Positions 51,720 through 64,000 of a DNA stretch of 64,000 nt are shown piece by piece. The stretch lies in assembly GCF_000143415.4 (NCBI RefSeq), contig NW_003314286.1:79826-143825 (forward strand). The letters are read 5' to 3'. A program made the position numbers and the translations under genes. The notes under the pieces were generated by a model that did not search any database, was not told the origin of the DNA, and saw only the letters and a program-made list of their open reading frames with translations. Position 1 is the stretch's first letter; each line of letters begins with the position of its first letter. This DNA is from Selaginella moellendorffii. Taxonomy: Eukaryota > Plantae > Lycopodiophyta.

Positions 51720-52258
51720 ATGGAAGCCACGCACGTCTTCCCAGGACTTGGCTCGTCATGGGTCTCGAGACCCTCGGCAGCATTCTNNNNNNNNNNNNNN
51801 NNNNNNNNNNNNNNNNNNNNNNNNNNNNNNNNNNNNNNNNNNNNNNNNNNNNNNNNNNNNNNNNNNNNNNNNNNNNNNNNNNNNNNCTTGCAGGAAGAAG
51901 AAGACCACTCGCGATTCGCATTGTTGGTCGTGCGAGCAGCAATCGAGCGAGCAGCAACACGGGCAGTAGCAGCAGTAGCAGCAGTGGCGGCGGTGGCGGT
52001 GGCAAATCCAAATCCAAGAATTTGATCGAGATGGAAGGAGCAGTGACCGAGTCGCTACCCAACGCCATGTTCCGGGTGAGTCTAGACAATGGGTGTGAGG
52101 TGCTGGCGCATGTCTCGGGCAAGATTCGTAAGAACTTCATCCGGATGCTTCCAGGGGACCGCGTCAAGATCGAATTGAGCCCCTACGATCTCTCCAAGGG
52201 AAGGATTACGTATCGGCTTCGCGCGGACAGCACACACCAGGAAACCAATACCAGCTAG
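51720..52258 (+). CDS. infA: Nucleus-encoded organellar (probably plastid) translation initiation factor IF-1 with transit-peptide-like extension, interrupted by gap
   Basis: [23 protein letters not shown]...[36 protein letters not shown]; Ser/Arg-rich N-terminal extension. Confidence 0.9.
51787..51886. other. Assembly gap (100 N)
   Basis: Run of N. Confidence 1.
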
Positions 52259-52422
52259 AACGACTGTTTGCTTGCTCCAAAGCTTGCAAAGAATGATCTT
52301 TGCTCTTCTTTTTCTCGAAAATGCGTTGCGTAATAAGTTTCTTGCCTCGAAAAACTAGATTTTCCTTGGAACAAAGCGGTGCCTCTTTTTCTTTATTTGC
52401 TAGCTTCCTGTAGGGTTGGTCT

Positions 52423-52863
52423 ATGGCGAAACGATCTTCTTCTTCTCGGCCTCGCTCTTCTCCTCCGCCTCCGCTGAGAAGAATGAGAACTCGCTCTTGC
52501 CCTGCGCCAGATGAAGACTACGATTCTGATTGCATGATCATAGAAGTAGAAGAAGAAGAAGTCGTAGACGTAAAAGTAGAAGAAGTTGTAGAAGTGGTAG
52601 TAGAAGAAGAGGAAGATGATGAAGAGGAGGAGGAAGAAGAAGTAGTAGAAGCAGGAAAGGGTGTGGAGAAACCTGCTCCAGCAAAGGCTCATCGCGACGA
52701 GGAAAAATCTCAGAAGAAGCCCACGGCTGAATCCAAGTACCCGACCATCGTCAAGAAGCAGAGGAAGCCGAGAACCCAGCGAAGCTTGTCACTGGTCAAT
52801 ATGATCATCAAGATCAACGATGACATCCGAGCAAGAAGGGAGAAAGAAGCGAAAAAAATGTGA
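52423..52863 (+). CDS. Hypothetical 146-aa protein with an acidic E/V tract flanked by basic segments
   Basis: Single ATG-started ORF; low complexity; no recognisable domain. Confidence 0.45.
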   Translation: MAKRSSSSRPRSSPPPPLRRMRTRSCPAPDEDYDSDCMIIEVEEEEVVDVKVEEVVEVVVEEEEDDEEEEEEEVVEAGKGVEKPAPAKAHRDEEKSQKKPTAESKYPTIVKKQRKPRTQRSLSLVNMIIKINDDIRARREKEAKKM

Positions 52864-53199
52864 TTTTTAGTAAGCTTTCCGTAGATTCAAGTGTACTGTT
52901 CCACTAAGCAAAGTACGAGTATCTTGGAAGTACGTTCTTAGCAAAGCCAAGATTTTTAGAGAGGAAGAGAGGTTTTGGGATGATGCGGGCACGGCGGCGG
53001 TGGCAGGACTTGATCGTCATCCCGGCTATGGCTGGGGAATGCGAGGATGGATTTTGGGAAGCACAATGGAGAGCTCATGGTGGAGCTGCCGCTGGAGGAC
53101 AGGGTCTTGCACGAGCGGCACCACGGAGCTCGATTCTTCGAGTTGTTCTTCTTCTCAGGCCAGAGGTAAGGTTCTGGATTGCGAGGAGTATACCGGCGA

Positions 53200-53620
53200 C
53201 GAGGCGGGAGCTCTCATTAATGGAAACGAAGAGAGAAAGATCTCTCGAGGTCGGATCTTTGGAGCTCCATGCCATCCACATTCTTCCGGAAAAACTCATG
53301 AGAGAGAAAGTGGCCGGATTGCCTCGAGAGATTATTGATTGATAACCTGGAAGCGATTGCTACGCCGATTTCATCTGCTGGTGTGGAGACCAGAGCGCCC
53401 ACCGCAAGAACGAGACGTTCTTGCTAAACTTGCTGTTGGAGATGTGGAGAGAAGACGCTCCAAACCCAGCAGTGTTTGACGTTTAAAAACGCTTTCTCGT
53501 GGAACACGATGCTGCAAGTCCACGTCCAGAACAATCGTCCCCACGAGGCTTCCATTTGGGAGAACGTCGGCTCTGCATTGGAAGAGGCATGGAATGGAGC
53601 TCTTCTCGCAGGTATGGGCT
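53200..53620 (+). pseudogene. Degraded PPR gene fragment
   Basis: Broken peptides ETFLLNLLLEMW and KNAFSWNTMLQVHVQN resemble the first PLS motifs of the PPR at 28569 (NTFLANLIVQMY, NAFSWS). Confidence 0.45.
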
Positions 53621-54699
53621 TCTTTGATTTTTGAGGTGTTGGATGCTTTCTCGGAAGATCTTCCTTGTGACTATTTTGTAAAGATCCAAGCACGTCACAA
53701 AAAGTTCTGAAGTTGCGAAAGAAAGACTTTGCAAAAGATTTGAAGGTGCTGCTCAGTTCCGCAACGAGATATTTTTTCTTTCTATGCGTTTACTGATGCT
53801 TCCTTGTAAAACTCGATCTTACCATTTGTCTAAACTCAGTCAATGAAATATTAACATAGTTAATGAAAAGTCAATAGAACAAGCAGCTACAAATCAAGGT
53901 AAGAAATCTTAAATTGGAGCCTGTCTCATGGAATCTAGTACCTCCATAAGCCTTGTAAAAGGTCCAAAGTAAAGCCATAAACTTAAAGAAAAAAATTTGT
54001 CATACTGTAATTTAGTTTCAAGGCATATATAGCCGATCATGCATGGCAATTTATGGTAAAGATGAAGCAAAACCATGCTATAGCTGCTACTTCAGAAGTA
54101 CAGATAAGCGGGTCAGGTCATAGATAATACTCAAACAATGTCCCATGAACCCAGAGATCTTTTCTTGCCTGGATTTAAAGCAGCAATAAGCATCATTCCC
54201 TGTGAAGAGGCCAAACATAAGACCAAGTTAGAGAGTAAAGTAGTATTTCATGCCAAATCATTCAAGAGCTTATGAAGTTTCTCGATCATGTATACAACAT
54301 GCAGCTGAGGTCACTCATATAACATACTCCAGCCTTAGATTCCATGCTAGCTTCTAGTGCACATTTCTATTCGATGATGGGGCTCAAAACCTTCTTGACT
54401 ATTGCTCGTCTTTTTTGATTCCTCACCTAATAAGTAGCCAATTCTAGCATTGATCACCCTCTTGAGCACATCTCTAGCAGTATTGTCTTGGCTCTCTCAA
54501 TCAAAGTCCAGTTGATCAGGAAATTGCCCAACTTCTCAATGTATTGCATTAAAGATTATATTCTAAGAATATTTTATAGACTAAGGGATTAGAGTGGTTT
54601 ACTCTTAAGCAGCATGTTAAGTGGGATATTGATCTCTTGGGAAGTAAAGAATTCCATCAATCTCATCAAGGATGTATAGACCCTTAAAATATCATATTC

Positions 54700-57300
54700 A
54701 TGATTACCATCAAGAATGCCAAAAACTATAGTACTATGAAGTGGAAGTTGATAATTGGTTAGAGTTATACAAAATTGTTAATTTTACAACTTTAAAGTGA
54801 AAATTGACATTTTGGTGACTAAACTTATAGACCATGTTTCTTTATACTAGAAGACCAATCCAAAGTTAACTTTTTGGGGTGATTTGGCAAAGATTTTCTA
54901 TACTTCATTTGTCAAAAAGTTTGAAAAAGTTAATCTCTTAGACAAGTAATTAAAAATTAAACAAAAGACTTTATCTATGAATGCATTTGTTGACAAGTTC
55001 TATAATGATAAATTGTTTAGCGTGTAATGTTTTGTCAAAGATTTGAATTTGATAGATGTTCAATGTGAAGAAGGATTTTGCTAAACAATATTATCACCAA
55101 GGCTTAGATTTTTGTGAAACCATTAGTCAACTAGGTCAACTTTGGTCGGTATAATTCATATTTAGGGAAAAATAACTATTACCACATCAAGGCTAAAACA
55201 TAGTTATGAGTCTTGACAATGTCTTTTACAGTGCCACCAATTTTGACATTGCACTCTTAATTGATCCTTGGCTTTTTATTATAGAACAATTCCTTCTAAG
55301 AATGACATTTATGCAACTAAAATCCATAATATGGAATAAAAGATGATTAAAAATCCCTTGAATTATCAAAGGAACATTTAAAGCTTATTTATTATAACAC
55401 AAGTGCTATATCTACATAAGAAAAAGAAATTCTTGACTATCTTAGAATTCAAGTTATATGTAATGCTATATCCATATACCATAACCACTTTATAGATATT
55501 TACATAAGAAAATAAAATTTCTGGACTATCTTAGAATTCAAACTAAATATCCCTTCCAATCTTTAATGGTTCTTTGTGCAATTAGTTTATAAGCTCCACA
55601 AAGTTTATATAAATTTTAAAATTTATTTTTCAATATTTCACCATAGGATGCAGAACTGCCACCATACTAGTATATCCATGATGGATTCTACCACAATCAC
55701 ATTAATATTCCTTAACCTCTTCACAAAAAGATAATTGCTTTCCATTTTATATTTTTTCATAGTAGTCTAAACAAATTTTTTTAGCCTTATTGCCATCTTC
55801 ATTCATCAAATCCATTAAGAAATGTTTTAAAATTGGTGAAATGCTCATGAGATAGTTAATTGTTTTATGGTATACTCATTTATTTATAATATGGGGATCA
55901 AATGAACTATATTTAGAAGAGATTTTGTGATGTATTTCTAAATGAGTTAATGGTTTACCTCTATAATGTGAGATTTAATATAAAATTGACTTAGTTTCTA
56001 GAGTTACTCCTAATTATAAACTAACTTGTACTAGTCTTGCTGAAAATAAGGAGATTAATAAAGTAGTTTATTGAGTACCTTTAAAGTAAGTGGTTGTAAA
56101 TGAGCAAAACTCCTTGATCTACTTTAATACTAATACTCAAGTATATGATAGGTATATGATGTCTTTGTGTAAATTGCAAAAGATTCAATGATAAGATGCA
56201 GAAAAATATATTTCTATTCCCTATCCCTTAATGTAATATTATAATTTGTTTAATATTTTTTATGTTGCTCAGCATTTTATGAATATTGATTTAAGGCAAG
56301 GGTACCATTAAATTTATGTTTAGTCAAAGAATATTCAAAAGATGACATTGTAGATAGATATGAGTTCTTACAAGGCTTTTGTGATGTCATTTAATTTAAT
56401 AAATGCTCTTGCAATGTTTTAGAGATTAATAAGTTAAGTTTTACAGCTTTATTTAGGAAAAATTTATAATTAATTAATTTTTTGTATTCTAGTGTTCAAC
56501 TCTATAATTAAGGAATATAAAATGTCACAAAGAGTTTTGCAACTTTGAAAGATAACAAGTTCTACCTAAAATTATTTAATTTAATTTTATTAGAAAAAGA
56601 GATTGAATATCTTGAATATTTAATATTAATGTACCATATAATATTTGATCCCACAAATATATAAGTTGTGCTTACTAACATATGCCTTTGAAAATGTATA
56701 TACTTCAAGTTTTTCAATAGTTTATAAAAGATTTTTAGAAATAGTTGCTCCCTTAACTTATCTTTTCAAGAACGTATTTAAACATACTATTATTTGTGGT
56801 TAAGATAAAAGGTGTTATGTTGTATTTCAATAGTTGAAGCAATCTCCAATATTGAGACTCTTTAATTCTATGGTTAAAACATATATAAGTGACATTGTTA
56901 TTAGGGCTGTATTATTATATATATGAGCTTTAAATTTGATGCCATATACTTTAATTAACCTTCTTGAATAAAGAGTTGTGATAACATTATCTGTATGAAT
57001 AAACTTTTATATGGATTCAAACTATCATTCTCTCTAATATTTTAGTTGTTAGAAAGATATTTAAGTCCACCTTACTCATTGGCAAGAGTTCCTCTAATAC
57101 ATGTAGAATGTACACATATAACAATAAAGTGGCTAATACATTATTCAAAATATCTTGTTTGTTTAAGTATATTCTTTTTTATTTTGTTTTTCTTTTTAGG
57201 TGTGGATCATAAGTTATAAAGTATGATCAGAAAAAGCATAGAAAGAAAAATTTTAGATCTCTAATTAAATGGGACAATAATAGAAGGGGAAAGTGATTCA
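54700..57300 (+). mobile_element. Highly decayed Ty3/gypsy gag-pol remnant; boundaries approximate
   Basis: RT-like FMNIDLRQGYH*I (~56275-56315), YEFL, MSFNLINALAMF, EIEYLEY; RNase H-like SPILRL...DIVIRAVL (~56840-56915); AT-rich with many stops. Confidence 0.75.
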
Positions 57301-57649
57301 CATACTTTAAAAAGGGAGACTTATAAAGTTTCAATGATACTTTAATGATTAATTAACCAAAAAAGAGTGTTAGAAATGTATGCTTTCCATAACATTAGAG
57401 TTTTATATAGCAAGAGTTACTATATCATAAATCATAGTCATAACTCTTAAGTAGATATATGAATAAGCATATGTAATGATAATGAACCAGAGCCATATTA
57501 TCCACACTACTTTTTTTTTAATATATACAATCTCTATGATATAAGAGGTTTTTATGGCAAGAGTTGCCATATCATAAATCTATATTGGCTAGAGTTATAA
57601 CTCTTGAGTAAATTATAAATAATTAAATTTTTTATTATAATTTAGTCAC

Positions 57650-58700
57650 TTAATTGCACTTTTGACCATTTGAAGAAATTTTATTCACAACTTTTGTATG
57701 TCCTTGTCTTGACTTGGGGCACTTATTAGTCAAATATATGATTTCAAAACCACACAAACTTCACACTTGGCCCAAATGCTTTATATGTTTGATCCCACTT
57801 CAAATATCCAAAGGTGCCACCAACAAACTAACCTCTTACATTAAAGCTATGTCCGTTCTCATGATCTTATTAGTAGTCCAAGATTACCTGTATCACAGTT
57901 CTATTTTTCCAATATTAAATTATTTATCCACAAGTGCTCATCCCATGACCACAATTTAATATCTTTATGATGTTTCAAGATATAGAGAATACCATCCCCT
58001 AATATCCCTTGTCCAATCCCCATCAAATCCCTCTTTATTTATAACAATACTCACTAACACCACTATAGGTTTAGAATTCAAAAGCCCATCCACTAAGTTT
58101 TATTAACATTTAACATTTCCTCACCATATAACTATACCTTTGATCACTAAGGAAGAAGACCATTCCTCTTCCTTTCCACAATCCAAAACTTTGAAATAAT
58201 ATTTGAAAATACTGTAGCTCAGAATGAGCCTTATAGGTACCCTCTCACCTTCTACCACTAAAGTGCCTTAGCTATATAGGTAGAACAAGGTTCTAATGAG
58301 CCACACAAAATATCAAAATAAGTAATACCACCCACATTTGGCTTGGGAGTATCAATCATTCAATCTTTTAAAGGAGTTAAAGTTGACTTTTAAATATTTC
58401 ACCAAGTCACTTTATTTGTCTATCCATATTCACTCTAAGCTTAGACTTTATAATAGTTATATTTATGTGGGTGTAATCTTCCTTAGTCACATTGGCCTTT
58501 CTAACCCCACTATCTTACATGGACTTACTAAATACCTTATGACAATCATTTTTAGGCTTTCACTTTTGGATTCAAATTCAAATTTAAACTTAGACTTAGA
58601 CTCAGTCTCAAATAAGGTTTTAGATCTAGACTTGGTCTTTAACTTAGTCTTGAACTCAATTTCAAACTTGATTTTGAATTTGATCTCAAACTTCACCACT
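57650..58700 (-). mobile_element. Possible second decayed gag remnant in the opposite orientation
   Basis: Minus-strand CEVC...KCP zinc-knuckle-like remnant (~57715-57775), KAL*W*K gag-like motif (~58250), degenerate hexamer repeat at 58570-58690. Confidence 0.35.
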
Positions 58701-60273
58701 TTCTACTGCTATGTGATCAACTCCCAGCACAGGTTTGTGGGAGTTTTTGATGATCCGGGCCCATTTGGACGCGGGCAATACAGCACAAACATGCTGCCTG
58801 AGGTCAAGCTTGAGCAGTGGAGGAAAGGCTCGCAGTGTTTCGAGATGGAGCAGAAATTGGCGCTCCATTTGGTGGTGGACAAAAAGTACTATCCAAAGTT
58901 TTGGGATTTTTGCCGGCCCGCATGCTACATTGACAAGCACTCTATGCATTACAGGTCAAGAAGGATGAACAAAGAATCATTTGTGCTCGACTATGGAAAC
59001 ATAATAAGAAAACAAATTAAGTAAAAGTCATCCAAGCTAAATCATTCAAGAACTTATGAAGACTGTTGATCTTGACAGCCAAAGTCTCCAACCTTTGCTT
59101 ATATGATACATGCTCCAACCACATATTCCACACCAGCTTCTGGCATTTGTTCATCATTACTTTTGTCTTCCCAGATCACCCCTTCCTCTCCAGACAAGTA
59201 GCCAACTCTCACATCAATCACCCTCTCAAGCACGTTTCTAGCATCGTCCCATGCCTTACCTCTCTCAATCAAACTACCACCTCCTCCTCTTCCCAGTCTT
59301 ACCAGCATTCTCCATCCAAAGCCACTCCTTGTGCACTTCACTAAAGATCTCACCGTTTCCTCATCACCCAGCCAAATTGCAACTTCAACCAAGTCCCTCA
59401 TGTTGCATCCACACTTCTCAAACATGCCTGAAAAGAGCTCCAAGAAGAGCCATGTAACCTTCTCATCCTTCTTCACCGCAAACAGCCCAACCACTTCATG
59501 CTCACCACAGTTTTCTTTAGATCCACCCATCTCACTCTAGTTTTCACATCTCTATGGAACTTCTCTGATGAAAGTAGTGGAGATTTCTGATACCATGAAA
59601 GCAAAAGATATATATGGATAGGTACATATATATAGAAACTACTGCCATGTCTCGTAATCCACATCAGCACATCTCCACTACTTGTCTCAATGCCTCTCCT
59701 TGCAAATGCCATGGCAGCATCATGACACCCTTGAAACTCAAGCTCCACTACTTTCGAAAGCTTTCTCCTTCCTTTTTTCTAGAGCTTATCCAGCTTTTGC
59801 AGCTTTGCCACCTCTTCCTTCTTCATATAGACGGAACTTGAGGCCTCCACAATATCCAAAGCCCTGCTGCTGCTTGGTTGGTCTTCCTGCTTGTTCCTCC
59901 CATGAAGCCTTGCAGGCTTCCAGCTTCTTCTCCCAAAACTCTTCGATCCAAGGAATGCTGCTCTCTCCCCACTTTTTCACTACCCGAGCCTTTTATTCAA
60001 AGCTACTTTTTGGCATTTTGAATAATTATGACCGTTTAATTAAGCATAACCCTTGAACCTTTAACCCCGCCGGAGAAAAGATTCGACAGTGATTCGACAC
60101 ATATTCATGTTGTCAGAGCTATTACTGACGTACATGGATCAAGGGTTTTCATTCAAGCAACTTGCGGGTTCTTTAAATTCCTTCAACTTGGGTGAGAAGC
60201 ACACAAAATGTTTAGCCTTAGGGCTAGTAGCACCATTTCTCTCCTGTCTTCTCACTCTCTCCTTTTTGTTTCA

Positions 60274-63150
60274 ATGTCAGGGCAGCAAGGGCGAAATACT
60301 GCAACAGCACAGTGTGGCCGTGGGAGGGCGAACAAGGTAGGAGCCTCCATCAATCCATTTGCAGGAGCAGACCTGGGAGAAGCCGTGATCAAAGAGGGGC
60401 CTGGTTTGGGTGCAGCCTTGGGAGACGCCGTGATCGGAGAGGGGCTTGCTTCGACTGTAGGAGATCAAGTTGCTATGTTCGACGGGGTAAACCCTCGACC
60501 AGGTGTTAAGGATAGTGCTGCTGCCAGAATAGGGCGAGGCTGCAGGGGAGACCAGAGAGGGATCCAGGGGCAGGAGACCAACCCTCATCATCCTCCGAGT
60601 CCTAGAGGTAGACCTAGTAGGCCTCCGAATATAGTTTGGAAATACGTCTTCTGCGATCCTTTAGCACTTAGGGAGAGGAACTTGAAAAACACCAAGGCAA
60701 ATCCTTGACATTTTAGCATCGACAAAGTTAGTTGGGAGGTAGTGGTTAGGTGTGTTTTATGCAAAGGTCCCGTGAAGGGAATTGGACCTACGGAGATCAG
60801 GAGGCATCTTTGCAGCTTCTACAAGGAGGAGGACACAGGTTGCTGCATTGCTGACATAAGTTTGTGTCACAGGCCAATACAAGAGTTCAGTAAGGAGTTT
60901 ATGTCTGTAACAAGGAACAATATTGAGATGTACAACATCAAGTTTGCGGAGTTCAAATGACATGGTAGTGGTAGAATGACACGGTTCAGCAATCAAGGAG
61001 CTTCAAGGTTGCAGCAATTGGATGAAGATGCCTACAGTGTTGGAGGATCGACATCAACTCCTCAAGCTAGTGGGAGTATTGAATGTAGGCCAAGATTGAA
61101 CATGTTTGCCTTTCCGAGTAGTAATGACAACAAAGCATGGGAATGGATAGAATGTTTGGAGGGTGAAGACTGGGTTGATGCAGAGTGGTTGCGGCAACAG
61201 GTTCGAGAGACTGAGTTAGCTACAATTGGCTGCATCTCTGTGGGTGGTTTACACTCAGCTGGGAATCAGATTGATATAATAGTGTCTACTAGACGGCCTC
61301 AGACAGGTTCAACAAGTTGTATCTTGTAGGAAATAGCAGCTCTCAAAGGAATCACAGGAAGGGCGTTGACCCCTAAAGAACTTAGGGCATGGCAGAAGGA
61401 GTATGCATTGGGAGTTTATATCGAGCTAGAGTGTTCAACCTAGTAGTTGGTAGACACGCCCAACGCAGTTCCATGTTTATTTTGCCTTCGTTGAAGGCTT
61501 TGCGTGAAGACTTCTTGGATAAGATATACCATGAAATGGTTGAGTGCATTGATCAACAACTTGAGAAAGCTATAGGTGTGTATAGCCCATGACCGCTTTG
61601 CTTAGTAATGGACAGTTGGAAGATAGTTAGTGGGTTGCATATTCAGAATATTATGATCGTTGATGCAACACACCATGAAGAGTTTTTTTATGGCTCATTT
61701 GAGTGCTGTGAATCTTCAGGTATGCATTGCTTTTTCATGTGACGTCCAATTAACTTGTTTGCTTTGCAATGCAGCTGATATCTTGTATAGCAAATTGAAG
61801 AGTGTGGTTTCAGCTATAAACACTCGGGTACTCACTAATGACACAAATGTAGCCATAAGCAACATCCCTGGCAGTGGAAACACATTACATGATCAAATGC
61901 GGTGTATAGAGAGGAAGCGTGGATTATCAGCAATAATAATGGACAATGCGACCAACATGCGGCTTGTTGGACGCAAATTTGAAGCTAAGTTTGAAGATAT
62001 GTGGAGTGTTTCATGCCAGTATCATGCTTTGAACTTTGTACTAATGTTTTGGGCAGGTTTGGACAACATCAAAAGAATATCTGCACACAGGGAAGTGTAT
62101 AGTTCAATTTGTGAAGAACTCCACTCGTGTGCATGCTTTTTATCAAGCTCAACATCTTTAGCAGCAACTCGTTAGACCTGTCACTACTCAGTGAGTATTA
62201 GAGTTGTGTAATTATCTATTACTGACTTTAACACTTTTTTTGTTTCTTTCACAGGTTTGGAACCTATTATTACATGCTCAAGCAATTATGGGAAGAGCGT
62301 GGAGCATTGCAGAGGTTGTTTAAGAATACTTGATTTAAAGATTGGCTACGAAGCCAACCCGCAACAACAACAGAGACTACTAACCAAGCCCTGATGGCAA
62401 TGGAGGATTTTAATTTCTGGGTGGGTGTTGAGAAGGTGATGCAGTTGATGGAGCCGGTGGTGATGGCAATCAAGTTCTTTGATCGCTCAACTTCAACCAT
62501 TGGCTTTGTGTGGCAAGCATGGCATTTTTTGAAGTTCAAGACAGCAGTAGTTATAGGTTTCAATGCAAAGGATAAACAGTTGCTTGAAGACTTTCTGCAG
62601 AAATGGGAGGATCAGTACATGAGATCTTGTGACTTGTTTGGGGCAGCCTGGTGTGTAAATCTGCATTACAGGGAGGATAGGAATAGACAAGAAGCGACAG
62701 CAGCATTCAGTCTTGTTCGACATTGTTTCTATCCAAATGCTGAAGATACCCACAAGCTAAATCAGGAGTACTTTGCGTACATCAATGGAACTGGCCCCTT
62801 TTCCATTGTAGACAGCCGTGATGCACAAGAATTGCTTGAGAAAGGCAAGGATGGAGATTCACCTTGGTATGTTTGGGCCTCTGTGGTCAGCTTCAACTGT
62901 GACTCGGGGGCAGTGCTTTGAAGGGTTGCATGCTATATTTTTGGTTTGACAACTTCAAATTCTGCAGCTGAGCGGAATTTTAGTACATATAGCAACGTCT
63001 TGACACTAAAGTGGAACAAGTAAGCCCTTTGTTCATTTATAAACATGAAGAACTTGTCTAACATTGGTGTCACTTGCCTGTGTGTAGACTGGATCCAGAG
63101 GGGGTTGAGAAGTTCGTTCATATTTACCAAAACCATCGAATTTGGGATAG
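60274..63150 (+). mobile_element. Decayed hAT-superfamily transposase (BED finger, DUF659-type core, hATC dimerisation motif)
   Basis: VWKYV...RCVLC...IRRHL (BED), LPSLKALR, LVMDSW, IIMDNATNM, SCQYHALN (CxxH), RFGT, FW...LMEPV, TSNSAAERNFSTY; in-frame stops. Confidence 0.88.
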
Positions 63151-63201
63151 GAAGGAATCTGAAACTTCTCGCAGCTCTGCAACATGGACTAGAGGAGAAT
63201 T

Positions 63202-64000
63202 TGTTAGAGGTAGAGATGATGTGGCAATAGTTATGCCCACGCGGCTGTAGCTTTATGTATATGTACACAATCATATACAGTTATATATATATACAGTTCT
63301 TCCTCGTGTGCATGCCTCTCCACTTCCGCTTCCACTACAAACATGGTATCGGAGCCTTGGGCTCCTTGATCCTGGGCATGGCGCTTGCTGGCCAGGAGGC
63401 CAGTGATGAGGAGGAGGATGAGCCTCTCGATTGCAATCCCTTTTGCAATGTTTGGGACGCTTGAGGCATTGCACCAAGGCACTAGGCTGTGTACAAGTGC
63501 TGAGCAACAAGCAGCAGCAAGTAGAGAACAAAGCCAGTGGGCGATTGAGAGATTTCAACAACCCACATCAAGAATTGGGTCAAGATTCAAGAACATTGCA
63601 TAGCAATTCTTTGCAGGAATTTCCAGCAATTGGGAAGGATGCTTATGGAGATTCAAGTGCCTAGTCGCAGAGAAGTGGGAGCCTGGCAGCTCATGGCCAA
63701 GACCACATCCTAGAGGCAAGATTGAGACCGTAGCATGAAGCAAAGAGTGTGCAAGCAAGTCCAAGGCCAAGAACCAAGTTTTGGGTAGTTGATTGATGAG
63801 TTTTTCATATGCTTTTCTCATCAACTCTCCATGCTCATCATCTTAGACTAGCTAGGCACGATTCAGGCTTAGATTCAAACTTGAATCAGCCGCCTGATCG
63901 TGAGTGGGACATGTTAGAGGTAAAGATGATGTGGCAGTAGTTATGCCACATATATATGTACATATATACATGTACATACATATATACATATATATGTATA
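63202..64000 (+). mobile_element. TRIM-like small LTR element; 3' LTR runs off the window
   Basis: 5' LTR TG...CA at 63202-63343; PBS TGGTATCGGAGCC at 63344-63356; purine tract GTGAGTGGGACA at 63900-63911; second LTR starts TGTTAGAGGTAAAGATGATGTGGCA at 63912; TA-rich microsatellite inside the LTR. Confidence 0.85.

Noticed and set aside
55405-57610. Short direct duplications (~55405-55545, ~57400-57610; also ~9613-9689) as possible CRISPR-like or regulatory arrays
   Set aside because: Only two diverged copies each, in AT-rich decayed DNA; eukaryotic context; no repeat-spacer structure.
58338-59024. 228-aa + strand ORF
   Set aside because: Largely a low-complexity hexamer repeat with a TTG start; no coherent domain.
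1-64000. tRNA or rRNA genes
   Set aside because: None recognised by eye; the only tRNA-related sequences are retroelement PBS motifs. A tRNAscan/Infernal run would be needed to exclude them.

Overview
Eukaryotic, gene-dense plant nuclear DNA with very short GT-AG introns (about 50-80 nt) and intergenic gaps often under 300 bp. Together with an SS-motif-rich PLS PPR gene, this points to a lycophyte such as Selaginella (inference). There are two 100-N assembly gaps (4810-4909, 51787-51886). Conserved genes in order: BSD-domain/Rab3GAP-catalytic-like gene (-, runs off the left edge), NIP aquaporin, root-cap/LEA-like protein, NDPK3, HAK/KUP K+ transporter, ABCC transporter, PLS-E PPR, IPK2, filament-like plant protein, RAD51D, NDC1, ALG11, CCT4, UBP3/4-like protease and a nuclear infA. 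Repeats: a tandem LTR/PBS array, Ty3/gypsy remnants, a decayed hAT transposase and a TRIM. Most notable: (1) four paralogous genes in two tandem pairs encoding secreted proteins with a signal peptide, GPGG/poly-Gly segments and a Q/S/L-rich amphipathic helical domain. I do not recognise the family. The genes share an intron position and a promoter motif, and the Gly module is shuffled between them. (2) Two decayed copies of a Crinkler-type P-loop NTPase plus restriction-endonuclease-fold gene, one with a micro-inversion. (3) Recurrent GTCAA arrays phased at about 10 bp in intergenic DNA. All family assignments come from motif recognition by eye; no searches were run.
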